From assembly GCF_963921235.1 (NCBI RefSeq), contig NC_086108.1:105154001-105218000 (forward strand): 64,000 nt of DNA, written 5' to 3'. This document shows, piece by piece, positions 38,181 through 51,149 of this stretch (positions within the stretch are counted from its first letter, which is position 1; each line of letters starts with the position of its first letter). The position numbers and the translations under genes were made by a program. Under the pieces are notes generated by a model. The model did no database searches. It was not told the DNA's origin and saw only the letters and a list, made by a program, of their open reading frames with translations. This stretch comes from Mobula hypostoma. Its lineage: Eukaryota.

Positions 38181-39494
38181 ATTCCCTTCAACATTATGTT
38201 CTTGAACTAACTGGCAAAACCCAATCACTGCAGTTTAGCAACATAATTACCTCTTTGCTCACTTTACCCTAAAATGGATTTTGTTTTTGTTAGTCTAATT
38301 GTGTTTTCTCGTAAGTTTGTGTATTCAGAGTGCTGCTTATTTGATATTGCTGAAAGTAAGTTTTTTTATTGCATCTGTGCACACATGCACAGAGGACACA
38401 GTTTTAAGGTGCTTGGAAGTCAGTACAGAGGAGATGTCAGGGGTAAGTTTTTTATGCAGAGAGTGCTGAGTGCGTGGAATGGGCTGGGTACGATGATGGT
38501 AGTGACAGTGGTGGAGGCGGATACGGTAGGGTCTTTTAAGAGACTCCTGGATAGGCACATGGAGCTCAGAAAAGTAGAGGGCTATGGGCAATCCTAGTTA
38601 ATTTCTAAAGTAAGTACATGTTCGGCACAGCATTATGAGCTGAAGGGCCTGTATTGTGCTGTAGGTTTTCTATGTTTTGACCTATGTCTACCTTTGAAAC
38701 TTTGCTGGAAGAGACTTCAGCCTTTGATAGTAGTGACATCACTTGAGTTGAATGTGTTGCTCTCCAGAGGGGTTGTCTATTCATGGGTTCTCAGGTAGCT
38801 GTAGAGGCCAATCCAGGATCCGCATAACTGGGATGTTAGGCTGGATTCTCTTAATGGAGATTTTGCTTTATGTGGTGAGCCTGACGCATGGGCTGCCATT
38901 ATAGAGTACTTGACAGATCAGGGCCAGGGTCCAGTGGCACGGATTTCAAGACAACTGGGGAGCCTTCACCGCAGCCTTCCTCCACCTCCAGTGCTGTTGT
39001 GATGTGTCATCATCTTCCCCCAGCTCCACCATTGAGATCTTGGTTGGATCACTCTTTGTATGGAACCTCCCCCTTGACCCTTACCACCATGGGCAACCCT
39101 TGCAGGAGCTAAATTCCAGAGGGCATCACTCTCAGGATCAGAGAGATTCACGAGCCTCTCTACCATGACAAGGTGATGACTTCAGAGAAGTCAGCTTCTG
39201 CTACCATCATTGAAATAAGGTATTGTCATTGCTAAGTGAGGAACTCTGCTTCCAATCTTCTCTTCCATGTTGTACCTGAATCTCAGAAGTCATGCAGAAT
39301 GTGTGGCTTCTAGCACATCGTTGACTGCAGCCACAAGTGACCACCCCTTACCCACATCAGTGACCCTCCAGCTTTGGTGACGTGTGCAGAGAGTCCAGTG
39401 GGGAGGGAGAAAATTAATAAGTGAATGGGATTTTTCCATGAACTAACATAGAACCAATGGGCAGAAATGAGCTCCTTTTAGTTGTAAAACAATA

Positions 39495-39785
39495 TAGTGG
39501 TAGCATAGCGGTTAGCATAACGCTTTACAGCGCCAGCAATTGGTGTTCAATTCCCACTGCTGTCTTTAAGGAGTTTGTACATTCTCCCTGTGAGCTTCCT
39601 TCAAATGCTCTGGTTCCCTCCCTCATTCTGAAGACAAATGGTTATGGTTAGGGTTGGTAAGTTGTTGGCGCTGGAGCATGACAACACTTGCAGTCTAGCC
39701 TCAGTACATCTTTGAACTGGTCATTAATGCGAATGACACATTTCACTGTCTGTTTCAATGTACTTCTGACAAATAAAACTAATCT
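39495..39785 (+). mobile_element. V-SINE with an alternative (Rex1-type) tail
   Basis: V-SINE head and core followed by ..acatttcactgtctgtttcaatgtac..gacaaataaaactaatct instead of the CR1 tail. Confidence 0.65.
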
Positions 39786-41299
39786 CGTTAGTCTCTCTAG
39801 CTATTGGTGGTCCCTGCAGTACTTCCATAAATTATATGTTGTCCCACTGGAAATATAATCCCATAAAATATATATTTATATTTTGTATTTTAGTTATTTT
39901 AGAGATATAGCACATAACAGGCCTGTCCGTGCCGCTCAGCAACCTATCTATTTAACCCCAGCCTGATGAAAGGACAATTTACAGTGACAAATTAACCTTC
40001 GAGCTGGTACACCTTTCGACTGCGGGAGGAAACTGGAGCATCCTGAGTAAACCCACATGGTGACGGAGAGACGCACAAACTTGTTTACAGACGACGGTGG
40101 AACTGAATTCCGAATTCCGACATCCCAAGCTGTAATCGTGTTATCGCAGTGCTCCTAGTTTATCCTACCAGCACTCTGATTAACTTCTCAGACCATTCTG
40201 ACTGAAGTACAAAAATCTTTACTTTCTATCTAAAACAGCCCTGTGAAGTTTTGAAACGATTGTCAATAACACGTCTTCACCCACATTTCTATTATTGTCA
40301 ATCATCTCAATTATCTGACAGAGTTTCAACAGAATAAATAAAGCCTTTTTCAGATGGATATCACATCATCTTCGATTACTCTCTTTTCACAATGTGATAG
40401 CACATCATAGTGGGTTTTTTTTGAGACTCCTCTCTGGTTAAAGTCTGGATCCCAGAGCCATCCTGCTGTGCTGTCTAATCCATACTCCATGTTGGATGCA
40501 TCACCTTGGAGAAGATGTCACTATATATAGTTTGTTACTTGCATCATTACTTGGAACACCAACCAAAAATCACTAAAGAAGCAGATTAGCAGCTCTTTGT
40601 CACATTTCTACTTGCTGTGCATAATTTGACTGTTCACTCCCCAGGTCGCTGCAGTCGCTGCTCTGTAAAAGATGCTAGAAAATGCAGAGTTGATTTATTT
40701 ATTTATTGATACACAGCACCTAATAGGTCCTCTGGCCCTTCAAGCCATGCTGTCCATCAATCCCCTGATTTCATCCTCACCAGATCATGAGATGATTTAC
40801 AATGACCAATTAGCCTACCAAATGGTATGTTGTTGGACTGTGGGCGGAAACCGGAGCACCTGGAGGAAATCCACACGGTCAAGGGGTGAAAGTACAAACT
40901 CTTTACAACCCAGGTCACCTGTATTGTAAAGTGTTGTGCTCACCACTATGCTACCGTTCAGCCCCATAATGTGAACGCAGGCCCAGTTCATCATGGAAAC
41001 CAGACACCCCACGATTGACTTCTAGCTGCCTTGGGAAAAGTAGCAGCCAGTATCCTCAAAGAAGGCACCAGAGAGACTGTGGATACAGGTATCTGGAGCA
41101 ACACACAAAATGCTGGAGGAACTCAACACGTCATGTAGCATCTACGGATGGAAACAAACAGTCGATTTTTCAGGTTGGGACCCTTCAGCAGGGCTAGAAG
41201 GAAAGAGGAGAGGGAGCCAGGATGAAAGAGTAGGGGGAAGGGGAGGAGAAGTCATAAACACAAGAGATTCTGCAGATGCTGGAAATCCAAAACAACAGT

Positions 41300-42282
41300 A
41301 AGGTTCCCCATGCAAGGGGAACTTCTCCTTCAGAAGTAAGGAGGCATGGGATCCAAGGAGACCTTGCTTTGTAGATCCAGAATTGGCTTGCCCACAGAAG
41401 GCAAAGGGTAGTTGTAGATGGTTCATATTCTGCATAGAGGTCAGTGACCAGTGGTGTTCTGCAGGGATTCGTTCTGGGACCCCTTCTCTTTGTGATTTTT
41501 ATAAATGACCTGGATGAAGAAGTAGAGAGTGGGTTAGTAAGTTTGCTGATGACACAAAGGTTGGGGGTGTTGTGGATAGTCTGGAGGGTTGTCAGAGGTT
41601 ACAGCGGGACATCAAAAGGATGCAGAACTGGGCTGAGAAGTGGCAGATGGACTTCAACCCAGATAAGTTAGAAGTAGTTCATTTTGGTGGGTCCAATTTG
41701 AAGACAGAATATAATATAAATGGTAAGGCTCTTGGCAGTGTGGAGGATCAGAGGGATCTTGGGGTCCATGTCAATAGGACACTCAAAGCTGCTGCACAGG
41801 TTGACAGTGTGGTTAAGAAGGCGTATGGTGTGTTGGCATTCATCAACTGCGGGACTGAGTTCAAGAGCCGTGAGGTAACGTTACAGCTATATAAGACCTT
41901 GGTCAGACCCCACTTGGAGTACTGTGTTCAGTTCTGGTCACCTCACTACAGGAAGGATGTGGATACTATAGAGAGAGTGCAGAGGAGATTTACAAGGATG
42001 TTGCCTGGATTGGAGGGTGTACCTTATGAGAGTAGGTTGAGTGAACTAGGCCTTTTCTCCTTGGAGCGATGGAGGATGACAGTTGACCAGATAGAGGTGT
42101 ATAAGATGATGAGGGGCATTGATCTTGTGGATAGCCAGAGGCTTTTTCCCAGGGCTGAAATGGCTAACACGAGGGGGCATAGATTTAAGGTGTTTGGAAA
42201 TAGGTACCGAGGGGATGTCAGGGATAAATTTTTCATGCTGAGAGTGGTGGGTGTGTGGAATGCACTGCCAGTGGCGGTGGTG
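41300..42282 (+). mobile_element. CR1 LINE ORF2 3' half; tail resumes at 43548-43725
   Basis: ORFs 41444-41671 and 41572-42303 (LVRPHLEYCVQFWSP). Confidence 0.93.
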
Positions 42283-43547
42283 AACATAGAACATAAAACA
42301 TAGAATAGTACAGCACAGTATAGGCCCTTTGGCCCACAATGTTGTGCCAACCCTCAAACCCTGGCTCCCATATAAGCCCCCACCATAGATTCCTCATATA
42401 CCTGTCTAGTAGTCTCTTAAACTTCACTAGTGTATCTGCCTCCACCACTGACTCAGGCAGTGCATTCCACGCACCAACCACTCTCTGAGTAAAAAACCTT
42501 CCTCTAATATCCCCCTTGAACTTCCCACCCGTTACCTTAAAGCCATGTCCTCTTGTGTTGAGCAGTGGTGCCCTGGGGAAGAGGTGCTGGCTATCCACTC
42601 TATCTATTCCTGTTATTATCTTGTACACCTCTATCATGTCTCCTCTCATCCTCCTTCTCTCCAAAGAGTAAATAAAGCCCTAGCTCCCGTAATCTCTGAT
42701 CATAATGCATACTTTCAAAACCAGGCAGCATCCTGGTAAATCTCCTCTGTACCCTTTCCAATGCTTCCACAAACTTCCTATAGTGAGGCGACCAGAAATG
42801 GACACAGTACTCCAAGTGTGGCCTAACCAGAGTTTTATAGAGCTGCATCATTACATCGCGACTCTTAAACTCTATCCCTTGACTTATGAAAGCTAACACC
42901 CCATAAGCTTTCTTAACTACCCTATCCACCTGGGAGGCAACTTTCAGGGATCTGTGGACATGTACCCCGAGATCCCTCTGCTCCTCCAAACTACCAAGTA
43001 TCCTGCCATTTACTTTGTACTCTGCCTTAGAGTTTGTCGTTCCAAAGTGTATCACCTCACACTTGTCCAGGTTGAACTCCATCTGCCACTTCTCAGCCCA
43101 CTTCTGCATCCTATCAATGTCTCTCTGCAATCTTTGACAATCCTCCACACTATCTACAACACCACCAACCTTTGTGTCGTCTGCAAACTTGCCAACCCAC
43201 CCTTCTACCCCCACATCTAGGTCGTTAATAAAAATCACAAAAAGTAGAGGTCCCAGAACAGATCCTTGTGGGACACCACAAGTCACAATCCTCCAATCTG
43301 AATGTACTCCCTCTACCACCACCCTCTGCCTTCTGCAGGCAAGCCAATTCTGAATCCACCTGGCCAAACTTCCCTGGATCCCGTGCCTTCTAACTTTCTG
43401 AATAAGCCTACCATGTGGAACCTTGTCAAATGCCTTACTAAAATCCATATAGATCACATCCACTGCACTACCCTCATCTATATGCCTGGTCACCTCCTCA
43501 AAGAACTCTATCAGGCTTGTTAGACACGATCTGCCCTTCACAAAGCC
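42283..43547 (-). mobile_element. CR1 LINE, 5'-truncated, young, nested antisense in another CR1
   Basis: 313-aa ORF 42600-43541 ([32 protein letters not shown]) plus frameshifted C-terminus 42233-42664. Confidence 0.95.
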
Positions 43548-44553
43548 CTGGAAGCAGGTACCATAGGGTCTTTTAAAAGCCTCTTAGATAGGTACATGGA
43601 TCTTAGAAAAATAGAGGATTATGCATTAGGGAAATTCTAGGCAGTCTCTAGAGTAGGTTACATAGTCGGCACAATATTGTGGGCCGAAGGACCTGTAATG
43701 TGCCGTAAATTTCTATGTTCTATGAATTGCTGTAATGTGCTGTAAATTTCTATGTTCTACGAATTGCTGGGTAGTACAGCTCAAAGGGCCAGAAAGACCT
43801 ATTCTGCGCTGTATCTCAATAAGTAGGTAAGTAAATAAATAAGCTACCTGCAGTATTGAAGCACAACATACAAAATCAAAAGTCTGCAGACACTGGAAAT
43901 GTGAAATAAAACTGTAGATGCGGAGAATACTCAGTCAAAGTATTCCCTGGAAGACAAGCTGGATCGTCCTCATTTGTGGCTGATGAAGTAACTGTAACAA
44001 AATCTATAACAGGCAGGATAGACAAAGGAGGGCTTTGTCAAACTAGTGCTTTCAGCCAGAGTGCAGAAGACAACAAAATGTGAAAAGACAAAAAGAAGAA
44101 ACAATAACATAAATAAATAAGGAATAAATATCAAGAGCATGAGGTGAAGAGTCCTTGAAAGTGATTCTGTTTGTTGTAGGAACATTTCACCGATGGAGCA
44201 AATGAAGTTGAGTGAATTATGCACTTTTGTTCAAGAACCTGATTGGGGGGCGGGATACAAAAGCTTGAGAAAATATACCACCATATACAAGGACAGCTTC
44301 TATCCCACTGTTATAAGACACTTGAACAGACCTCATATGCAATAAAGATCAACTCTTAATTTCTCAGTCTACCTCATTGTACCTTATTATCTATCTGGAC
44401 TGTACTCTCTCTCTAAATGTAACATTATATTCTGCTTTGTTGTTTTCCTTTCTACCACCTCGATGTACATATATCTAGAATGGTCTGCTTGGATGTCTTG
44501 CAAAATATTTTTTTTCACTGCTGTTTGGTACATGTGACAATTATCAGCTATTG

Positions 44554-47250
44554 CCAAGATGGTGCTGCGTATGGCAGCCATGTTGTGAGCTCCATTCCAA
44601 CTTTACAATATACTGCTATTTTCTACAATTTCCTTTGCATTTCTTGTTCAGGAAGTTAATAGTCATACCTGATATGATCGATTGACTCTTCTGAGCACTG
44701 GGAAGACAACATTTACCCACAATGTGCTGCCTTTTCAGCACCAGGATCCCCTGCTTATGCGATCCATGGAGGCTCACTAATTACACCACTGCTACCTTAG
44801 AAACAGCGCCGGAGGCGAGGGAGAAGGACCAGCATCCTGGTGAGGTTGAGACAGGGTGCTAATTGGCTGCCGCTCCCTAGTATACTCCTGGCTAACGTTC
44901 AGTCCCTGGACAACAAGCTGTGCAAACTGAGAGCCAGAATCTCATAACAGCGGGAAACAAAGGAGTGTAATGTTTTGTGTTTCGTGGAGACCTGGTTGAT
45001 GGAAGAGATACTGGATCATGCCATCAAGCCCTCTGTGTTCTCCCTGTTCCTCTCTGGGAAGAGTAAAGGAGGTGGGGTATGCTTCATGGTCAATAGTGCT
45101 TGGTAGGACCCCCAGAATGTGCATGCCCTCAAATCCTCTTGTTTCCTCGATCTGGGGTACCTTGTGCTACTGTGTAGACCTTTCTGATTGCCTACAGAGT
45201 TCACAGCTATTATTATCACAGCTGTGTATATTCCACCACAGGCTGATACTGACTTGGCTGTCAAGGAACTGTACAAGAACATCAGCAGCCTGGAGACTGT
45301 ACACCCAGAGGCTGCCTTCATCGTTGCCAGAGACTTCAACAGAGCGTTGCTGTCTAAAATCTCTTCGAAATTTTGTCAACGCGTCAAAGTGAGTACACGG
45401 GGAGATAGCACCCTTGGCCATTGCTTCTCTCCCTTCCGCAATGCTTATAAAGCTCTCCTCCGTCTGCCGTTTGGAAGGTCAGATCACTCTTCCATCTTGT
45501 TTCTGCCCATGTACAGGCAGAAGCTGAAACAAGAGGCGGCCATTGTTAAAACTCTCCACTACTGGTCCGACCATGCTACAGGACTGCTTTGATGAAGTCA
45601 ACTGGAATGTCTTTTGTGATGAGAGTGCTTCCGAGTTCAGGAAAGGGATTATGAGCTTCAGCAGGAAGTGCATCGAGGACGTTGTCCCCCCAAAAATTGG
45701 TCAGGACCTATCCAAACCAGAAACCCTGGATTAACAGTTCTGTGCAAGCTGCACTTATCACACGAAAAGATGTTTCCAATGAGTGGACAGTCGTAAGGCT
45801 GTGGGACTGGACGTCATCCCAGGGCAGGTACTCAGGAAGTGCACAGCACAACTAGCAGGTGTGTTTACAGACATTTTCAATCTCCCCCTCCCAGTGTAGA
45901 GTGCCATCCTGCTTTAAAATATCTGTAGCTAAAATGACTAAGGCAACATGTCTGAACGACTGGCGTCCCATCGCTCTCACCTCAACAATAAGCAAATGCT
46001 TTGAGAGGCTGGTCAAGGACCACATCTGCAGCTTGCTACCACCCACACTGGATCCCTACAATTCACCTACTAACACAACTGATCGACCGATGACACAGTA
46101 ACCACAGCTCTATACACCGTCCTTACACATCTGGAGAAGAAGGATGCTTATGTGAGAATGCTGTTCTCGGACTGCAGCTCAGCATTCAACACCATAGTTC
46201 CATCCAGGCTCGACAGGAAGCTCAGAGACCTTGGCCATGACCCTGTCTTGTGCAGCTGGATCCTGGACTTCCTGTCAGATCGCTGGCAGGCCGTAAGAGT
46301 GGGCTCCCTCACCTCCAACCCTCTGACTCTCAACACAGGAGCCTTTCAAGGCTGTGTTCTAAGCCCCCTCCTTTACTCTCTGTATATCCATGACTGTGTC
46401 GCCACCCACAGCTCCAATCTGCTAATTAAATTTCCTGGTGATACCGCATTGATTGGGCTAATCTCAAATAATAATGAGGCAGCCTGACACAATGGTGTCA
46501 AGAAAACAACCTCTCCCTCAATATTGCAAAATCAAAAGGAGCTGTTTGTGGACTACAGGAGACAGGCAAACCTCTACTGACATCAATTGATCTGGGGTCG
46601 AGAAGCTGAACAGCTTTAAATTGCTCGACATCACCAAGGATTTCACGTGGTCTGTACATACCAGCTGTGTGGTGAAAAAAACACATCAGTGCCTCTTTCA
46701 CCTCAGATAGTTGAAGAACTTTGGCACAAGTCCCCAAATCTTGAGGACTTTCTACAGGGGCACAATTGAGAGCATCCTGATTGTCTGCATCACTGCCTGG
46801 TATGGGAACTGTACTTCCCTCAATTGCAGGACTCTGCAGAGAGTGGTGCGGACAACCCAACGCATCTGTGGATGTGAACTTCCCATTATTGAGGACATTT
46901 ACAGCGACAGGTGTGTAAAAAGGGCCTGAAGGAGCATTGGAGACCCGCATCACGCCAACCACAAACTGTTCCAGTTGCTGCCATCTGGGAAATGGTACAG
47001 CAGCATAAAAGCCAGGATCAGCAGTTTCCGAGACAACTTCTTCCACCAGGCCATCAGACTAATTAATTCATGCTGATACAATTGTATTTCTATGCTATAT
47101 TAACTGTCCTGTTGTACATACTATTCATTACAAATTACTATAAATTGCCCACTGCACATTCAGACGGAGACATAACATAAAGATTGTTACTCCTCATGTA
47201 TGTGAAGGATGTAAGAAATAAAGGCAATTCAATTCTATTCAATTCAGTTT
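44554..47250 (+). mobile_element. Rex1/Babar-like LINE, near full length, internally deleted and inactivated
   Basis: 5' aagatgg start; endonuclease PSILLANVQSLDNK near 44875, TAVYIPPQA and GRSDH; RT fragments; (CAATT)n tail. Confidence 0.9.
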
Positions 47251-47571
47251 GGCATTTATCTTGTCTTTGGGATGTTCCAGAGACCTGTCCTAGAGGTGGA
47301 AGACTGTCTTTCAGAGAGAGGAAAGAGGCTGGCCTTGCTGCCGTTGTTTTGTTGCTCGTGTTCCGTGTTGTTCTGGGCATGCTGTATTGGCATCAGAATG
47401 TGTGGTGATGCTTGCAGTCTGCTCCCAACACTCTTGTACAAATGACACAAATGTGATAAGTAAATCTGAATCCTTAGGTAGCCATGGAAATAGGGAAAGG
47501 ATCAACATCAGTGGATGTCAGCACCTAGCTGTCTCCTCACCTCCTTTTCTTCTCAATTTGAATTACAACCT

Positions 47572-47995
47572 GGGGGTCATGGTAGTCTAATGGTTTGCAC
47601 AGCAGTATTACAGCTCGGGACATTCCGGAGTTTGGAATTCAATTCCAGTGCTGTCCGTAAGGAATTTGTATGTTCTCCATGTGAACCATGTGGGTTTCCT
47701 TCAGATGCTCCAATTTCCTCCTATCGGTTGGTAAATTAATTGGTCCATAAGACCATAAGACAAAGGAGCAGAAGCTGGCTATTCGGCCCATCAAGTCTGT
47801 ACCGCCGTTTTATCATGAGCTGATCCAATTCTCCTATTTAGTCCCACTCCCCCACCTTCTCACCATAACCTTTGATGCCCTGGTCATTGTAAACTGTCCT
47901 GTGATTAGTCTGGGGTTAAAAATGTGGGTTGTTGGGCCCGAGTGGCCTGTTCAGCCCTGTATCTCTAAATAAATACATCAAACAAATAAATAAAA
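47572..47995 (+). mobile_element. V-SINE interrupted by an antisense CR1 tail (about 47746-47880)
   Basis: V-domain; TGGTC flanks the inserted tail on both sides. Confidence 0.78.
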
Positions 47996-48720
47996 ACCAG
48001 ACTTGTTGACTTTGCAATCAGGGCATGATTAGAGTCCGCAGACTGTTCATCATGCATGAAGTTCCTTGCAATGTTTCACACATGCCTGAGAAGTTACAAC
48101 ATCAATCCAGATCTCTGTGTTTCCCTCTCTTGGTTGAATATATTACACATTTTTACAAAACTCCATTTCATCCTGCAAAGATTGGTTTTCTGACAATCAG
48201 GAGCTCCATTTATCAAGATGAATAGATCATGTTATGCTGTAAAACATTCACTGACTGTTAGTCACATTTAGACTGTGCATTAGCCGTGCTAAAATATAAA
48301 CTCCCATTTTCTCAATGTAGTGAACTTAGTTAACTTCTCTGTATGGAATTTTTGTGTTGCTCTGATGGAATGAAATCTACAACAGTCATAAGAGGGTCTA
48401 ACTGCAGTAACCCGTCTTTGTCAGTGTGTATTCCATTTCTACAGGTCAGATGGAACTCCTGCCTATGATGTTATGTACAGACTGACTCTTAATTTCAAAA
48501 ACTCCCAAGTCCTAGACAGAGTGTACACGGAAAAGATGTTTCCAATAGTGGAGGAATCTATGACCAGAGGGCACAGCCTCTGAACAGAAGAACATGCTTT
48601 TAGAACAGAGATGAGGAGGAATTTCTTCAGCCAGAGGGCAGTGAATCTGTGGAATTCACTGTCACAGATGTTTGTGCGGCCAGCTTATTGGTTGATTCTG
48701 GCAACTTCCCCCTTCCTTTG

Positions 48721-48758
48721 CAGTCCTGAAGAAGGGCCTCAGCCTGAAACGTCTACTG
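48721..48758 (+). ncRNA. Minimal hammerhead ribozyme motif, second copy
   Basis: CAGTC-CTGAAGA-AGG..CCT-GAAA-CGTC-TACTG; core intact, one mismatch at the base of stem I. Confidence 0.65.
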
Positions 48759-48874
48759 TTTACTTATTTCCATAGACACTGTCTGAATTGCAGAATTCCT
48801 CCAGCATTTTCTGTGTGTTGTTATTGGGTTGTTGTTATTTAATGCAGAGGTTGATAGGTTCTTGGTTTCTTAAG

Positions 48875-49432
48875 ATTGTTATAGCTGGCGGTAATAATGG
48901 AGGTCAACTCCCATTACCTGCTAAATGCCCTAATGCCTCAAGTAGCCTCTGATAATCAAGTCCAGCTCTTGGCCTTCATGTGTGGCTTAGCTACTAGGCT
49001 AGATGGAACCATTTCTACTGACAGGAGAAGAGACAAAGTCGGGTTATTGGCACCTTAAAAATAGTTACTTCAGGTAGATAGGGCTTAACAACTGTGGTAG
49101 GCAGCTCATCTAGGAGAAGGAAAATTCTGATCTCAAACATTCATTGCCTTGCATCTATACCTACTCATGAGGAAGGCTTTGGGAGTAAACCCTGAGGGAA
49201 AAATCCAGAACTGGATCCTTAAGGCACTCCTATGTTGAGTTCAATGCTGATTGGCTACTGTCGCGATGTTGCTGGTACCAAAATGTATAGGTCTCTGCCG
49301 TTCCTTTGGGTTCTTCAGATGTGTGGAGAGGTGGGTTTGCTACATGGGCAACAGCTTGCTCTCCATATCATGCTGCCCAGGTCTGCATATCTAGACAGCT
49401 AGGGTGCAATGCCCATGGTCGACCCTGACTGA
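48875..49432 (+). mobile_element. RTE-related non-autonomous retroelement
   Basis: ggagaaggaaaattctgatctc motif; homologous to 10505-10860 and, inverted, to 8056-8390. Confidence 0.7.
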
Positions 49433-50237
49433 CTCTCTCACACTCACTCATTCACTGACAGGCTCTGGATTACTCTGGGCATCAAAGGTTATGGGGGGAA
49501 GTCAGGAGAACGGGGTTTGAAGGATAATAAATCAGCCATGATGGAATGGTGGAGCAAAATTGATGGGTTAAATGGTCTAATTCTGCTCTTATGTTTTAAG
49601 ACCTTATGGTCTTAATTCAAATCTGACCTGGTCAGAAAAGAGTTTTCCCTTGAGTTCCATGCAGATGGAAGGCGCCTTTTCCCTTGTATGTAGCAACACA
49701 AATGGTTGGAAATCTAGAAGAGACAGATTTGATGGTGTTGAAAATATTGGCAGGTTTATGATGATTGCTGAGAAACCCAGAGCTATTATCAACTAAGTTT
49801 AGTGCAAGGGTAACTTATTTTTATTATTCATTATGGAGATGTTGTCATTTTTGACTTTGCTGAAATTTGTAGCCTCGGAGTGGAGAAAGAGATAAGTCAT
49901 AGTATTAAGTTGCAGTAGAGAAAGAGATAAGACTCTCACAAATTTACACCGTGGGGAGCATTCTAGCTGGTTGTATCACTGTCTGGTATGGAGGAGTCAT
50001 TCTAAATGATTGAAAAAAGCTGCAGAAAGTTGAAAATTCAGCCATCTCCATCATGGGCAACAGTCGCCCCAGCATGGAGGATATCTTCAAAAGGTGGTGC
50101 CTCAAAAAAGGCATCATCTATCATTAGAGAACCCATCATCCATCAAGAAGGAGGTACAGGATTCTGAAGACACACACTTAATGTTTTAGGAACGCTTCTT
50201 CCCCTCTGCATCAGAGTTCAGAATAGACCAGTGATCA

Positions 50238-51042
50238 CATAGAAACATAGAAAATAGGTGCAGGAGTAGGCCATTCGGCCCTTCAAGCCTGCACCGTCAT
50301 TTATTATGATCATGGCTGATCATCCAACTCAGAACCCTGCCCCAGCCTTCCCCCCATACCCCGTGATCCCTTTAGCCACAAGGGCCATATCTAACTCCCT
50401 CTTAAATATAGCCAATGAACTGGCCTCAACTGTTTCCTGTGGCAGAGAATTCCACAGATTCACCACTCTGTGTGAAGAAGTTTTTCCTAATCTCGGTCCT
50501 AAAAGGCTTCCCCTTTATCCTCAAACTGTGACCCCTTGTTCTGGACTTCCCCAACATCGGGAACAATCTTCCTGCATCTAGCCTGTCCAATCCCTTTAGG
50601 ATTTTATACGTTTCAATCAGATCCCCCCTCAATCTTCTAAATTCCAACGAGTATAAGCCTAGTTCATCCAGTCTTTCATCATATGAAAGTCCTGCCATCC
50701 CAGGAATCAATCTGGTGAACTTCCTTTGTACTCCCTCTATGGCAAGGACGTCTTTCCTCAGATTAGGGGACCAAAACTGCACACAATACACCAGGTATGG
50801 TCTCACCAAGGCCTTGTACAACTGCAGTAGTACCTCCCTGCTCCTGTTCTCAAATCCTTTTGCTATAAATGCCAGCATACCATTCGCCTTTTTCACCGCC
50901 TGCTGTACCTGCATGCCCACTTTCAATGACTGGTGTATAATGACACCCAGGTCTCGTTGCACCTCCCCTTTTCCTAATCGGCCACCATTCAGATAATAAT
51001 CTGTTTTCCTGTTTTTGCCACCAAAGTGGATAACTTCACACA
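50238..51042 (-). mobile_element. CR1 LINE 3' fragment
   Basis: 205-aa ORF 50426-51043; (TTTCTATG)n-like tail. Confidence 0.93.
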
Positions 51043-51149
51043 ACCTCTATATTTTATTTTTTATTATTATTCTTCATTGTTTTTATTATGTGTTGTAAAA
51101 CAGCAAATTTCACATATGCCAGTGATATTCAAACCATATCCAGCATATA

